From NCBI GenBank assembly GCA_951406725.2, contig OX597815.1, positions 135,408,001 to 135,472,000 on the forward strand: a stretch of 64,000 bases of DNA. Reading direction: 5' to 3'. This document shows, piece by piece, positions 1 to 11,972 of the stretch; within the stretch, counting starts at the first letter, position 1; the number at the start of each line of letters is the position of its first letter. The notes beneath the pieces are model-generated. The model had not been told where the DNA came from and did not search any database. It saw nothing but the letters and a program-made list of their open reading frames with translations. The position numbers and the translations under genes are program-made. Origin of the DNA: Octopus vulgaris (lineage: Eukaryota).

Positions 1-185
1 ATAGATAGGTTTAAGAGAGAATCACTCTCTATCAATTCAATCATCATTGAATGACATTATCCACAATATGTACATATAGGACTAAATATTAAAATTATCA
101 AAAGTAATATCTACAATTCTTTTTCCAAATTATCAAAATTAAAACCTTCAATTCTTATTACAAATCATATACTTTACATTATTTT

Positions 186-286
186 GACTACATGCGTTTC
201 ATGACAACATATTCCTCGATATTGCTGAAATAGAATGTCTCTATACAACACCATATTTAAACAATTACATTGCCAATCTTCAGGTC
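186..286 (-). ncRNA. Type I hammerhead-ribozyme-like motif (Penelope-associated style), possibly degenerate
   Basis: Minus strand reads GAC-CTGAAGA-T-TGGCAATGTA...TATGTTGTCA-T-GAAAC-GCAT-GTA-GTC: both core motifs, 10-bp stem II (3 G-U), minimal stem III, GUA triplet, 3-bp stem I. U-U at the base of stem II is non-canonical. Confidence 0.4.
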
Positions 287-992
287 TAGATTATATGAAC
301 TTATTTTGTTATTTACACCGTATATTAAGACATGACAAACTAAAATTATATAACTAGAAGTTGTTGGAATAATTTTACTTTAGCAAATAATGAACAGAAA
401 TGTGGAATAAAAGTCGGAAAAAGAAATGTTAACTTATCTGTATGGTAATTTTCTCTCCATGAATTAAACATGGCTACCATCAAAAGTATAACAGAAGATT
501 GAGAGCTACTTCGTAAAGGAGATAATTCTTATTAACATTTAAAAGTTCTCCAAACGTATTTTCTATTATATATAATAATAATCAGGAGGAGCCAGAAGTG
601 AGTGCATGATGGGAATAGTCTTTTTTTTTTTCTGGTTAATCTAATTTATTTTTATGTTAACTTTGATAAATAATAAATTTCTAGGTCAGTAAATAGGTAA
701 ACTAAATTACTCAACATATAATTTTAAAATAATTAAAAAATATTTTGAACTAAGTAAAAGACAGTAAAATTAGTAAAAATCAGTAAAAATCTAATTTTTT
801 ATTATTTTTATAATTATAATACAATTAATATATATCGATTATACTGTTATTCTTAAGATTGACATTATTCTTAAACTTGAGTTTCTAAATTAAGATTAAA
901 AGTTTAGAATAATACCATCTAATATTATACTATAGATTTTTATTAAGAAACTAAAATATCTGAAATTAGAAGTTAATTAAATATCATCTTAC

Positions 993-1034
<42 letters not shown>

Positions 1035-1116
1035 TATATATAAACACACACACACATATATATAAAATTTATATATATATATGTAAATTTTATATACATA
1101 TATAAATTTTATATAT

Positions 1117-1478
1117 ATCTATCCCTAGTTTCCTCATTGACCACCAGATAAGGGACTGGGGGGACCCTGTCAAAGGCTTTCTCCATGTCAATGAAAGCCA
1201 GGTACAGAGTTTATCTTTGGCTAGGTATTTCTCCTGCAGCTGTCTTACCAGAAATATAGCATCAGTGGTGCTTTTCCCTGGCACAAACCCAAACTGCATC
1301 TCATTTAGACTGACTCCCCCCAAACCTAATTAGTTGGGGTATGACCCTCTCTGTGACCATTACCTGATCCAACAACATGATACCTCTGTAATGATTTGTA
1401 TCTAACCTGTCACCTTTACCTTTGTAGCAGTTGACAATGGTGCTACTACACCAGTCATTGGGTATGACTCCTTCATGT
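1117..1478 (-). mobile_element. RTE-clade LINE reverse transcriptase fragment (second copy of 3071-3434)
   Basis: Translates to IPNDWCSSTIVNCYKGKGD...YRGIMLL and QFGFVPGKSTTDAIFLVRQLQEKYL, typical RTE RT N-terminal motifs, with frameshifts; near-identical to 3071-3434. Confidence 0.9.
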
Positions 1479-1479
1479 T

Positions 1480-1948
1480 CTTTCAAGCCTTCGCCATAAC
1501 TTGATTTATCTTTCTATCTCTCTCTCTACAAAATTTAACCTTAGGCGAGGCTACCTCAAGCCGTAATCCCATCTCTTCCCATCTCTTCCCATCTTTCAGC
1601 CATCTTTCAGCCATTGGCGGTCTTTTTTCCTCCTCTTACCATTACGATTCTACAATTTAAATTCCCAATTCAACTAACTTACTTCTTAAATTTCAACTCC
1701 CGATCGATGTCCGCAGCAAGTTCTTTAAAAATTTATCTTAATATTTCCATTCGTTGTTACTACGTTTATTCATACATTGTTACGAAAATTTAACCTTTTA
1801 AGGCTACTTTCAAGCCTTCGCCATAACTTGATTTATCTTTCTATCTCTCTCTCTACAAAATTTAACCTTAGGCGAGGCTACCTCAAGCCGTAATCCCATC
1901 TCTTCCCATCTCTTCCCATCTTTCAGCCATCTTTCAGCCATTGGCGGT
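1480..1948. repeat. 142-bp direct repeat (1480-1621 and 1807-1948)
   Basis: CTTTCAAGCCTTCGCCATAAC...CAGCCATTGGCGGT read twice, 327 bp apart, no differences seen. Confidence 0.92.
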
Positions 1949-1969
1949 GCGCCCGCCCCCCCACCCCCA

Positions 1970-2090
1970 CCACCAATACCGATGAACACTGTTCTCACCC
2001 CCACCACCAATACCGGTGAACACTGTTCTCACCGCCAACACCACCAATACTGGTGAACACTGTTCCTCACCCCCCACCACCAATACCAGT
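1970..2090. repeat. Minisatellite, about 34-37 bp unit, 3.5 copies
   Basis: CACCAATAC(C/T)G(A/G)TGAACACTGTTC(C)TCACC repeated head to tail. Confidence 0.85.
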
Positions 2091-2662
2091 ATACCCTGTC
2101 CTCACCATCTACACCGGATACGCCTTACTCATCTACACCGGGTAAGCCCTACTCCCTCCTCCTCCCCCCACTACCCCTTCTCCTCATATGCTTTCACTGT
2201 GAAAAGACAAGCTGCTAGCGCCATAGCTCATCAACTGCCCACCGATCTTACGCTTCCTCCGGACACTGCTTCATTCCGACTATCCCCCTTTAGCACCCTC
2301 CCGCCTCGTAATATCCTACGTTTTTATTTCTTAGGAACCTACACCAACCCTTCCTGCCATCGTTCCTCCTTACCCCAACCTTCCCCACTGGTTGCTCCCC
2401 TATATTACCCACCTCAACTGGACCCCCCTCCCCAACTCAACTCTAGAATATCTGTATTCTTTCCTCTACCTAATAACGTTACTCAGTGACGATAACGAAT
2501 GTCTTTATTTCTTAGGAACCTACACCAACCCTTCCTTACTCAGTGACGATAAATGCTGTGACTACAAAGACCTGGGCTGCTTTCTGCAGCAATTCCACAT
2601 ACCCCCTACTCATTCTAAGTACCCCAGATCCCCAAAGTACCCTGGATCCCCAAAGTACCCCG

Positions 2663-2940
2663 GACCTCGTTGCCCCCGTGCTGCTGACACGTTAAAATGC
2701 TCGAACCGATCGTGACGATGCCGGACCCTCCGGCCCCTGTGCAGGTGGCACGTAAAAAGCACCCAATCCACTCACGGAGTGGTTGGCGTTAGGAAGGGCA
2801 TCCAGCCGTAGAAACTCTGCCAGATTCAGACTGGAGCCTGGTGCGGCCCCTGGCTTCCCAGACCCGGTCAAACCGTCCAACCCGTGCTAGCGCGGAAAGC
2901 GGACGTTAAACGATGATGATGATGATGATGATGATGATGA
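2663..2940 (+). mobile_element. RTE-type 3' terminal module (E) with (GAT)n tail, CpG-intact copy
   Basis: GTGGCACGTAAAAAGCACCC...GGTTGGCGTTAGGAAGGGCATCCAGC...GGACGTTAAAC(GAT)n; the same module follows the RTE ORF end at 32843-33583. Confidence 0.8.
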
Positions 2941-3070
2941 TACACATATATATACACATACACATATATATACACATACACATATATATACACATATATA
3001 TATATATATGTATATATAAATTTTATATATATATATGTAAATTTTATATACATATATAAATTTTATATAT

Positions 3071-4737
3071 ATCTATCACTAGTTTCCTCATTGACCACCA
3101 GATAAGGGACTGGGGGGACCCTGTCAAAGGCTTTCTCCATGTCAATGAAAGCCAGGTACAAAGTTTATCTTTGGCTAGGTATTTCTCCTGCAGCTGTCTT
3201 ACCAGAAATATAGTATCAGTGGTGCTTTTCCCTGGCACAAACCCAAACTGCATCTCATTTAGACTGAATCCCCCACCCCTAATTAGTTGGGGTATGACCC
3301 TCTCTGTGACCTTCATTACCTGATCCAACAACATGATACCTCTGTAATGATTTGTATCTAACGTGTCACCTTTACCTTTGTAGGAATTGACAATGGTGCT
3401 ACTACACCAGTCATTGGGTATGACTCTTTCATGTATCACGTGGTTGACTATACAGGTGACTAGGCTATAGCCGACTCCACCAGAAATTTTGAGCATCTCT
3501 GCAGTGATTCCTGATGGGCAAGAGGCTTTCCCTGTCTTCATGCCCTTAATTGCATTATCTACCAATGTACAGTCAATATGGATAGCTGGTCCCTCTGTTG
3601 GGTCGGCATTAGGTAAATTTTCTTTCTCCCATTCATTCTCTTTATTTAGCAATCTTTCATAGTGGTGTCTCCAAACATCTCTCTCTGCAGCCTCATTTAA
3701 TGCAACCAAACCATCATCCATGCAGACACATTTCTCTCCTACGACATCATGATTCTCTCTCACACATTATCTTGCAACACAAAATACCTCAAATCATTGG
3801 TCCTTACGGCACAGAACAGTGGCAAATTTTTTTTTATCTACTTCCCCTCTGGCTAAATAAACCTGTTTCCTAGCATCCCTTCTGGCAGTCTGATACAATT
3901 CCCTGCTACCACTGTTCTTCCTGTCCTTCCAAGCCTGTTTCTTTTCTCTAATAGCCCTGTCAACAACATTGTTCCACTACCACGTTACTTTGGCTGAGAA
4001 GGGACTTTGCATCATCCACAGATCTGGTAAGTGGCCCTCAGCAGGTTTTCCCGTAGAAACCGCCAGTTGTCTTCCACATCATGTGATGCTATATCCCACT
4101 TTATTTTGTCAAAAGTTTCAAGTAATACATCTCTAAATTCCTATCCATTCGCAGAATCTTTAAGCTTCCAGACAGACCCTTCTCCTCCATGCTGGTCGAC
4201 TTCTGGGCATCCATTTAGCCCTGATCCTGAAGTTGCAAACTACTAGTCTATGTTGTGGGGTACATTCTTCACCTGGGAAGGTTTTGGCATTTATACCAGC
4301 CATCTTTCCCTTTTCCTGGTGAGGATGTAGTCAATTTGGCTAGGGTGCCTACCAGAATGGTAGGTGACTGGCAGGTTTCCTGAACTTGGTACTGCAAACC
4401 ATAAGATCATTTGCATCGCAGAACTCCAGCAGCCTGGTTCCCTGTATGCCATGAAAGCCCCCTGCATGTTATCCAACATGTCCATTGGCGTCACCAGCCA
4501 CAAAGTGAAGGTCCCTGTTATTCGTCAACGAGGTAGTCAGCAAGAGGGTGTCATAAAATCAGTCTTTCTTAGGTAGCCCAGGATGGGGAACATAGACCAA
4601 GATAATGGTTACTAAACCATGATGTAGCACTAATCAAATCTGAAGTATTCTATCCCAGACTCAATTACCTTATTAAACCATTTCTCCGCAAGAAGTATAC
4701 CCACGACCCTGACCCCATCAGTGTTCCCCGCCTAGAC
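3071..4737 (-). mobile_element. RTE-clade LINE fragment: AP endonuclease plus N-terminal half of RT, disrupted
   Basis: Endonuclease motifs (GVRVVGILLAEKW; TYHSGRHPSQIDYIL) then the 239-aa ORF with KASCPSGITAEMLK, IPNDW, YRGIMLL, QFGF..GKSTTD; frameshifts; cut at both ends by (TA)n. Confidence 0.93.
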
Positions 4738-4824
4738 AGTATCTATATACATATATATATGTATATATAATATATGTATATATAATGTATATATATGTAT
4801 ATATAATGAATATATATATATAAA

Positions 4825-5061
4825 GGCGCAGGAGTGGCTTTGTTGTAAGTAGCTTGCTTACCAACCATATGGTTCTGGGAATGGCACCTTGGGCAAGTGT
4901 CTTCTACTATAGCCTCAGGCTGACCAAATCCATGTGAGTGGATTTGGAAGATGGAAACTGAAAGATCAGACTGGAGCCTGGCGCAGCCTCCTGGCTTCCC
5001 AGACCCCGGTCAAACTGTCAAACCCATGCTGCTGTGGAAAACGGACGTTAAACGATGATGA
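4825..5061 (+). mobile_element. Chimeric repeat: tRNA-headed SINE B head joined to the RTE-type E tail
   Basis: GGCGCAGGAGTGGCT...CACCTTGGGCAAGTGTCTT (CORE-like)...GAAACTGAAAGA then TCAGACTGGAGCCTGG...GGACGTTAAACGATGATG. Confidence 0.7.
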
Positions 5062-5071
5062 ACATATATAT

Positions 5072-5126
<55 letters not shown>

Positions 5127-5485
5127 CATACATATATATATACATACATATATATATATATAATACATATATACATATATATATACATACATATAATATA
5201 TATATATATATATACATAATATATATATATATATATATATATAAATGTATATATATATATAATGTATATATATATACATATATATCATGTATATACATGC
5301 ATATATATATATGTATATATACATATATATAATGTATATATATATATATATATACATACATACACACATATGCACATTTATACACACACATACATATATA
5401 TTCCTGAATCTCTACGAGTGCTGTAAACAATCCAATCATTCGTTGTTACAATATATAACAGAATATACATACATATGTGTGCGTG

Positions 5486-5550
<65 letters not shown>
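5062..5550. repeat. (TA)n/(TACA)n/(TG)n microsatellite tract
   Basis: Directly visible; source of several Y/I-rich ORFs. Confidence 0.95.
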
Positions 5551-5551
<1 letters not shown>

Positions 5552-5987
5552 AATACACACACTCACAGATACATATAGGATCAATAAATTTGGGCCATTT
5601 TATTGATTTATTTGAAAAAGAAAAACGTCCAACAAAATTTGAATAAAAAATTCAACGGTAACAGTTACAAGAGACCAAGTCCGCTTAAAAAGATCAAAAG
5701 GAAAGATCAAAAGCGATCAATAATGACAAATTGATTTACTCGTAAAATATACATGTCGTTTATGTGTTCGAAAAAAAAATAAAGTCAACGCTTTCACGCC
5801 TTCACTCCAAGACACACACACAAACGTGTCTTTGTTTGTCTGTGTGTCGATCTCAAAATTTCCTGAAAAAAATTCTGCTTCATCTATATATTTAGATTCG
5901 CTTGACTGATGCACAAGCGCACCGATCCTTACAAACACACATACACACACACCCTATAATAAACGCGCGCGTACGTGCACCACTCTT

Positions 5988-6019
<32 letters not shown>

Positions 6020-7257
6020 CACGCACACACACATACATACACACGGGCAAACAAGATTATGCACAAACACACAGACATGGAAAGCGATAAAAATCTACAT
6101 GCATTCAGACATACACATGAAAGGCTATAAAACTCAAACGCGTTAGATCACACACCTCCTACACAGATGGAATGAAATGGGTACATACATGAACGTACAC
6201 ATACGCACAGAAGTATATAGCTACACACAGATATACATACACACCAGATAATAACGCACAGGAGTATGTATAATCGAATGCATAAACATGCGTACAAACT
6301 AACCCAAATGAGCACACGTAAACGCGCGCGCGCACACGCGCGCACACACGCACGCACGCACCCATGCGCGCGTTTGTAAAAATATAGAGAGGTCATGTCC
6401 CTTAACAGTTATTATTATTCAACATCTGGGTTATACGAGGTAGGAGAGGAGGGGAGCGAGCGGAATGGGAGAGCCGAGCATAAAGAAATAAGAGTGGGGA
6501 GTAGTAAGAGATGGTTTGAAAGAGAAAATATAGAAGAAAGGAAAACAGACAAAAAGAAACCTAAAGATACAGATAAAAAAAAAAGGGATTGGGTATGGGA
6601 GGTTATACAGAAAAAGGAATCAAGATAGAAAAGAAGGAGAAAGAAAGAGGAAGGAGTTAAGAGAGTGTAAATGGGGAAACCAAGAACCAGAAAAATTAAA
6701 GAATTGGCGACGAACACACGCACACACACACACGCACTGGCGACAGCGGATCACCGTCGTTCGACGATGAGGATTAAGTTGTTCGATCAACTGAATTACC
6801 TGCTCCTGAATTCGGTTGGGCGTGGTTGAGCGTTCTACAAGCATGCATAAACCCTTAACATAACAACCCACCGGCAGAATAAACATACAAAATGTCTATG
6901 GACAGCCTTTTTATTTATTTCATTTTTTTTAATTACAGCTGGGATGCATTCGATAAGTTTCTATATAGTTTCACTCGCAAGATCAGATCAACTCGAAGCC
7001 ACAGAAAATGACATTTGGCCAACAAGCTACACAAGGGTATCGCACCCGGGACCTGCAAGATGTAAAGAGAGGTTCTTAACCCTTCAGTTACACTGTACCT
7101 ACTACATATACGCTATGCGTGTGTGTCAAGAACGAGAAGGGTTGAAAATGTTTATATATATATATATATATAAAGGCGGTGCTCCAGCATTGTTGTAGTC
7201 AAATGATTGAAGCAAATAAAAGAATATATACATTGTTCGTTTTTATGTTCAGTAATA

Positions 7258-7625
7258 ATCCTTTCTACAATAGGCACAAGGTCTGAAATCTGCAGCAAGG
7301 GGCTAGTCGATTAGATCGACCTCAGTACACAACTGGTACTAATTTTATCGATCCCGAAAGGATAAAAAGCAAGATCGACCTCGGCAGAATTAGAACTCAG
7401 AACGTAAAGCATTTTGCCTAGCATGTTAACGATTCTGCCAGCTCGCTGCAATTTTATATTCAGTTATAATAGTTTCAAATTTTGACACAAGACTAGCAAA
7501 TTTGGGGGAAGGGCTAAGTCGATTTAATCGACCAGGGCGGCATTTGAACTCAGAACATAAAGTTGAAAGAAACGCCGCTGAGCTTTTTCCCGACTCGGTA
7601 ACGATTCTGTCAGCTCGCCACCTTA
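7258..7625 (-). mobile_element. Two tandem family-A SINE copies
   Basis: AACTGGTACT..TTTATCGA.CCCGAAAGGAT..AAAGCAAGATCGACCTCGGC.GAATT.GAACTCAGAACG; B-box-like GTTCAAAT on minus. Confidence 0.8.
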
Positions 7626-7639
7626 TTTTTTTATCTCTT

Positions 7640-7775
7640 TTCTTTACTTGTTTCAGTTATTTGACTGTGGCCATGCTGGAGCACCACCTTTAGTCGAGCA
7701 AACCGACCCCAGGACTTATTGTTTGTAAGCCTAGTACTTATTCTATCGGTCTCTTTTGCCGAACCGCTTGGTTAC
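7640..7775 (-). mobile_element. 3' half of SINE B-G, followed by (GATA)n at 7777-7850
   Basis: TTTTACTTGTTTCAGT.ATTTGACTG.GGCCATGCTGGAGCACC... matches 44832-44960 and, reversed, 54940-55035. Confidence 0.8.
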
Positions 7776-7850
<75 letters not shown>

Positions 7851-7869
7851 CAGACTAACAGACAAATAT

Positions 7870-8362
7870 ACGGTGGCGGAACTTGAGGCAATCCACAACA
7901 CGAAGAAAATTGAATCGGTGAAACAGATGAGCTATTAGGAGAGGCTAAAAGAATTGAAGCTCCACGTTCTAGAGAAAAGGCTTGAGGGAAGATCCTGGAA
8001 GGTTTTGCTCCCAACTTTGAAACTAAAAGCTATACCAACCGCCGAACAAGACACTGTGTAGTACTAAATATCCTGTCTTCATCTAGAATAAGGACCCAGT
8101 ACTGTAATAGTTAAGGTTTCATGGGTCCACAACTGTTCAAAATTCTGTCAAACAACTTCGGAGATTTGCGAGGTGTAGATGTGAAGGTTTTCAAAGAGCG
8201 TCTGGACAAATTTTAAACAGAGACATGAGATCAACTCGCATCGGGGCAGGGAGCACAAACAAGAGCAGCTACGTCCAACTCGCTACTTCACCAGAAGCAA
8301 TACAGAACAGAAAGGTGGTGCCCCGGCGTGGCCTCAGCTTCTGGCTGAAACCAGTAAAAATA
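7870..8362 (+). mobile_element. CR1-group LINE 3' end remnant
   Basis: Reads MSY*ERLKELKLHVLEKR and GPQLFKILSNNFGDLRGVDVKVFKERLDKF, the Y.ERL..L.L..LE.R and FK..LD.F C-terminal signature of CR1-group ORF2; ends in a stem-loop tail before (TA)n. Confidence 0.8.
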
Positions 8363-8404
<42 letters not shown>

Positions 8405-9850
8405 TAGAGAAAAACCACTATTATGCAATTCAAACAATGATAGACATAAACCAAATCATAAATAAATATATATTGTTTGTTTTTATGTTTTTTTATTAGG
8501 TCTTTCTCTAATTTATATATTATATATTTATACTGTGAAATTTGATTTAATATTAAATTGAATTTTTCCCTGTAAGTTTGGAGTTATACTCCCTAATATT
8601 ATTATTTTAATTCCTGAGCGCCATACTAATACATTTGTTTGTTTGTACTCCGCCTGCCTTCGTCTTTTGTTTATTTTCATAAACCTTCCTGTTATATATA
8701 TATATATATATATAATGTTTGTGTATGTATATAAACATATACACACGCGCACACATGAAATTCGACCAAATGAGATTATCAACCCATTAATAGACAAAAT
8801 CTAGAAACAGTTGAAACTATAAAATCAGTCGATCAACATTTTTGGGTAAGATTAGGATGGATCTGATTTTTAAAACCAACTCGTAAAAGTAGCGTACATG
8901 TGTCAGTCTTATAAGACTGCCCCAGCGGCGCAAATCTACTCAGTTAGCAATTTATACAGAAATAGAAGAAAAGTGTGAAGCTGATTACGAGTATCAACAA
9001 TATAGTTCCGATGAACTGAGATTATCCGAGCAATTAGAAAACAAAGTTTCGCTCGACTTTATTAAAATATAAAAAAACAACAGAGATAATTTCAGTAATG
9101 TTGGTTAATGGAAATCAGACCTTTAAAGGCTTGTAACGTTTATATTATAAATTTCTTCCCCACCTCAAATGGTCGCCATTTTGGTAATTGGCTTGGAAAA
9201 CCGTAACTGTGAATAAAATTTTCAATAAAATCGAAACAAACGTATAAAACCAAAAGATTCTCCAAAATGTTTGGAATAATATGGAAAATAAAGATTAAAG
9301 TGAATCCATCATAATGTTCTAGTTAAGAAAAGCAGGTGAAATAACCTTGTAATTTAAATTCATTCAATATAGAATGCGATGGACAGTGTGTGATTTTTGG
9401 CAACGTAGTGATAACTCCGGACATGTTTTTATATTATTAGACCTCATCATGAAAGCATATTCTATTGCTGATGCCAGATCTAAGAATAACTGGAGAAAAT
9501 ATAGGATCTTCGTCAATTAACACTGATAACTTAAAAGTATTTTTCTTTCGGGTAGTCACAACAAATTTCGAAGAAAGGTAGAGACATAAAAAAAAAAAAA
9601 ACGGAAAATGTGAGAACATGGGTGCTCATATTTTATCCTCCTCTCGTTACATATTCTATATGTACTTTATGCACGGCACCATGAACAGAAATAGCTCACT
9701 ACGAGGCGATCCAGTTGGTTAGGCTTTGAAGTATAGACATTTTAAAAACTCTCTACGTCTTTGAAGGGACCTTTTTGGGGACGAAATACGGTAGCCTAAA
9801 AAGCGTTTAACGACATACATTAAGTATGTAACACTGATAATATATATGTG

Positions 9851-10253
9851 GGATCTTTTCGGTTTGAAGGGCAGTTTTTTAAAAATAATTTCCACGTGAC
9901 TAAACACTTTTAAACTTCGTATACTGGTAGAATGTGATTATAAAACATCTTTTTTCTCTTGGCTTTATTGAGAAAATTCTATAGTTTGTAAGATACTTGT
10001 TTTTTCTTCAACTTCTGCAATTTCAATCAATCAGTGACGTCTATTGAGGTAAAAAACAGTCTGTGTCGTATGAATATGTCCCTCGTTTCAGAAACAGATT
10101 GGGTTTATTTGCATTTGTGAAGAAAAAAAGATACCCTCCCCCCACCCCTAAAACAGATTGAAACGCAATAGATCGATACTAGGGTCATAATTATGGGTGA
10201 CAATTTCATATAACACCGCTAGAAAAAAACTGCCGTTCAAACTGAAAAGATCC
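9851..10253. mobile_element. MITE with about 30-bp TIRs (GGATCTTTTCGGTTTGAA.GGCAGTTTTTT)
   Basis: TIRs at both ends; degenerate 8-bp flanks TATATGTG/AATACGTG; inverted second copy at 54142-54556. Confidence 0.88.
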
Positions 10254-10884
10254 AATACGTGTTTGGCATTGTTTTAACATGTAAAGAAATAAAATAAGTT
10301 ATTTAAAAAGAAAAATATGCATGTAGAAGATATAAATCTTCGCAAGCTCTAATATATGTATGCAAGCATTCATGCATGTTGATAATGAACATGGAATTCT
10401 TTTTCCCTCTTCTTTGAGCCTGTGAAGGAATTAAAAGCTCATCTTAGCAGAAGATAGTGTTGAAAATATAACAGTAATTTCATTTTAATTTTCCTACCAT
10501 TCATGTTTTTCAAATTTATTGACATATTTTGATGTATATATATCAAAATCTGTACAATAAATAATTTTTTCTGAAATGTCCACGTTTCGAGTTAATTCAA
10601 ACGCAGATTTTTCATGACTTAATTTAGATTTACTTGCTCGTCTTCGACTTTTTCTTTAATGTACACTGACTACCTGGCGCTAACATTAAATTTTGAAAGA
10701 GCAGCAGATGTTGTAAAGTCATGTAAGCCGTAAGTACCAGACCGCAAATGTTTGCAGTTCGATAATTACCTGTCTACCGCGAGCAGCACTGCTTCTTTGT
10801 ATCAAGACAACGTTCACAATATTACGGTGTCTGTACGTCTATAACACAGACACACGTACGTCGAATAAATAAATGCATGCATAC

Positions 10885-11560
10885 AGGCACTTCGTCGGTT
10901 ACGACGGTGAGTTCCAGACTTGATTCGATTAACGGAGCAGCCTGCTTGTGAAATTAACGTGCAAGTGACAAGGAGCTGTCCACAGACACGCGTGCCCTTA
11001 ATGTATATTTCTTTACTGCCCAGAAGGGGCTGAACATAGAGGGGACAAACAAGGACAGACGAAGGGATTGAGTCGATTATATCGCCCCCCCCCCCCAGTG
11101 CGAAACTGGAACTTTATTTATCGACCCCGAAAGGATGAAAGGCAAAGTTGAGCTCGGCGGAATTTGAACTCAGAACGTAACGACAGACGAAATACCTATT
11201 TCTTTATTACCCACAGGGGGCTAAACACAGAGGGGACAAACAAGGACAGACATAGGTATTAAGTCGATTACATCGACCCCAGTGCGTAACTGGTACTTAA
11301 TTTATCGACCCCGAAAGGATGAAAGACAAAATCGACCTCGGCGGAATTTGAACTCAGAACGTAACGACAGACGAAATACCGCTAAGCATTTCGCCCGGCG
11401 CGCTAGCCCTTAATGTAGTTCTCAGGGAGATTCAGCGTGGTATAGAGTGTGACAAGGCCGGCTCTTTAAGCCAGCTGAGTGGAGTGGAGCAACGTAAAAT
11501 AAAGTGTCTTGCTCAAGTACACAACGCACCACCAGTTACAACAATACGATCTTGAGCCGA
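10885..11560 (-). mobile_element. Family-C tRNA-derived SINE interrupted by a nested insertion
   Basis: Both halves align to the intact family-C copy at 48358-48680; split at duplicated GCCCTTAATGTA. Confidence 0.82.
11006..11405 (-). mobile_element. Family-A SINE head-to-tail dimer with 12-bp TSD
   Basis: Two about 200-bp units; GCCCTTAATGTA at 10994-11005 and 11406-11417. Confidence 0.9.
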
Positions 11561-11972
11561 ATAACACACACACACACATACATACCAGTGTTGATGACTT
11601 GGCACAAAAAAACTTCAAGAGTGATCAAGACAAGTTTGTGGTCGATGTTCTCTAACAATATATTTTTTTATGGGTAAAACTTGAAATGAATTCATACCTA
11701 ATGTTCACACAGCTCGCCAGGTTTCCCACAAATGTATCGAATAAAATAGAAATTGTAATAATGCAAGTTTTCAAGTAAAAATTTGCTTCTATTTTCACTC
11801 GTTATTCCTTTCAGTTTTATTCAGCGCTCAGCGAAATTCCACGTCACGTGACTCAATCTTATGCTTTTCAAGGATTTCCTCTTTTCACATGCTACTGTGA
11901 CAAAAACCGACATGTGCTAGTTAGGGGAGTGTCATTTAACAATTTATGTTTTTAAATATTTTATTACTAATT

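Noticed and set aside
1970-2090. Repeat array superficially like CRISPR (also 33075-33167)
   Set aside because: Units are contiguous without unique spacers, there are no cas genes, and the context is eukaryotic.
2016-2715. Pro/Thr/Ser-rich ORFs of 157 and 107 aa
   Set aside because: Composition follows C-rich tandem repeats; non-ATG starts; no recognisable domain.
3044-3763. 239-aa ORF as a functional RT gene
   Set aside because: Frameshifted, ends in (TA)n before the catalytic YADD region; retrotransposon debris.
8401-8514. Small element with 12-bp inverted ends in (TA)n
   Set aside because: The inverted repeat is short and AT-rich, with only one copy here; insufficient to call a MITE.
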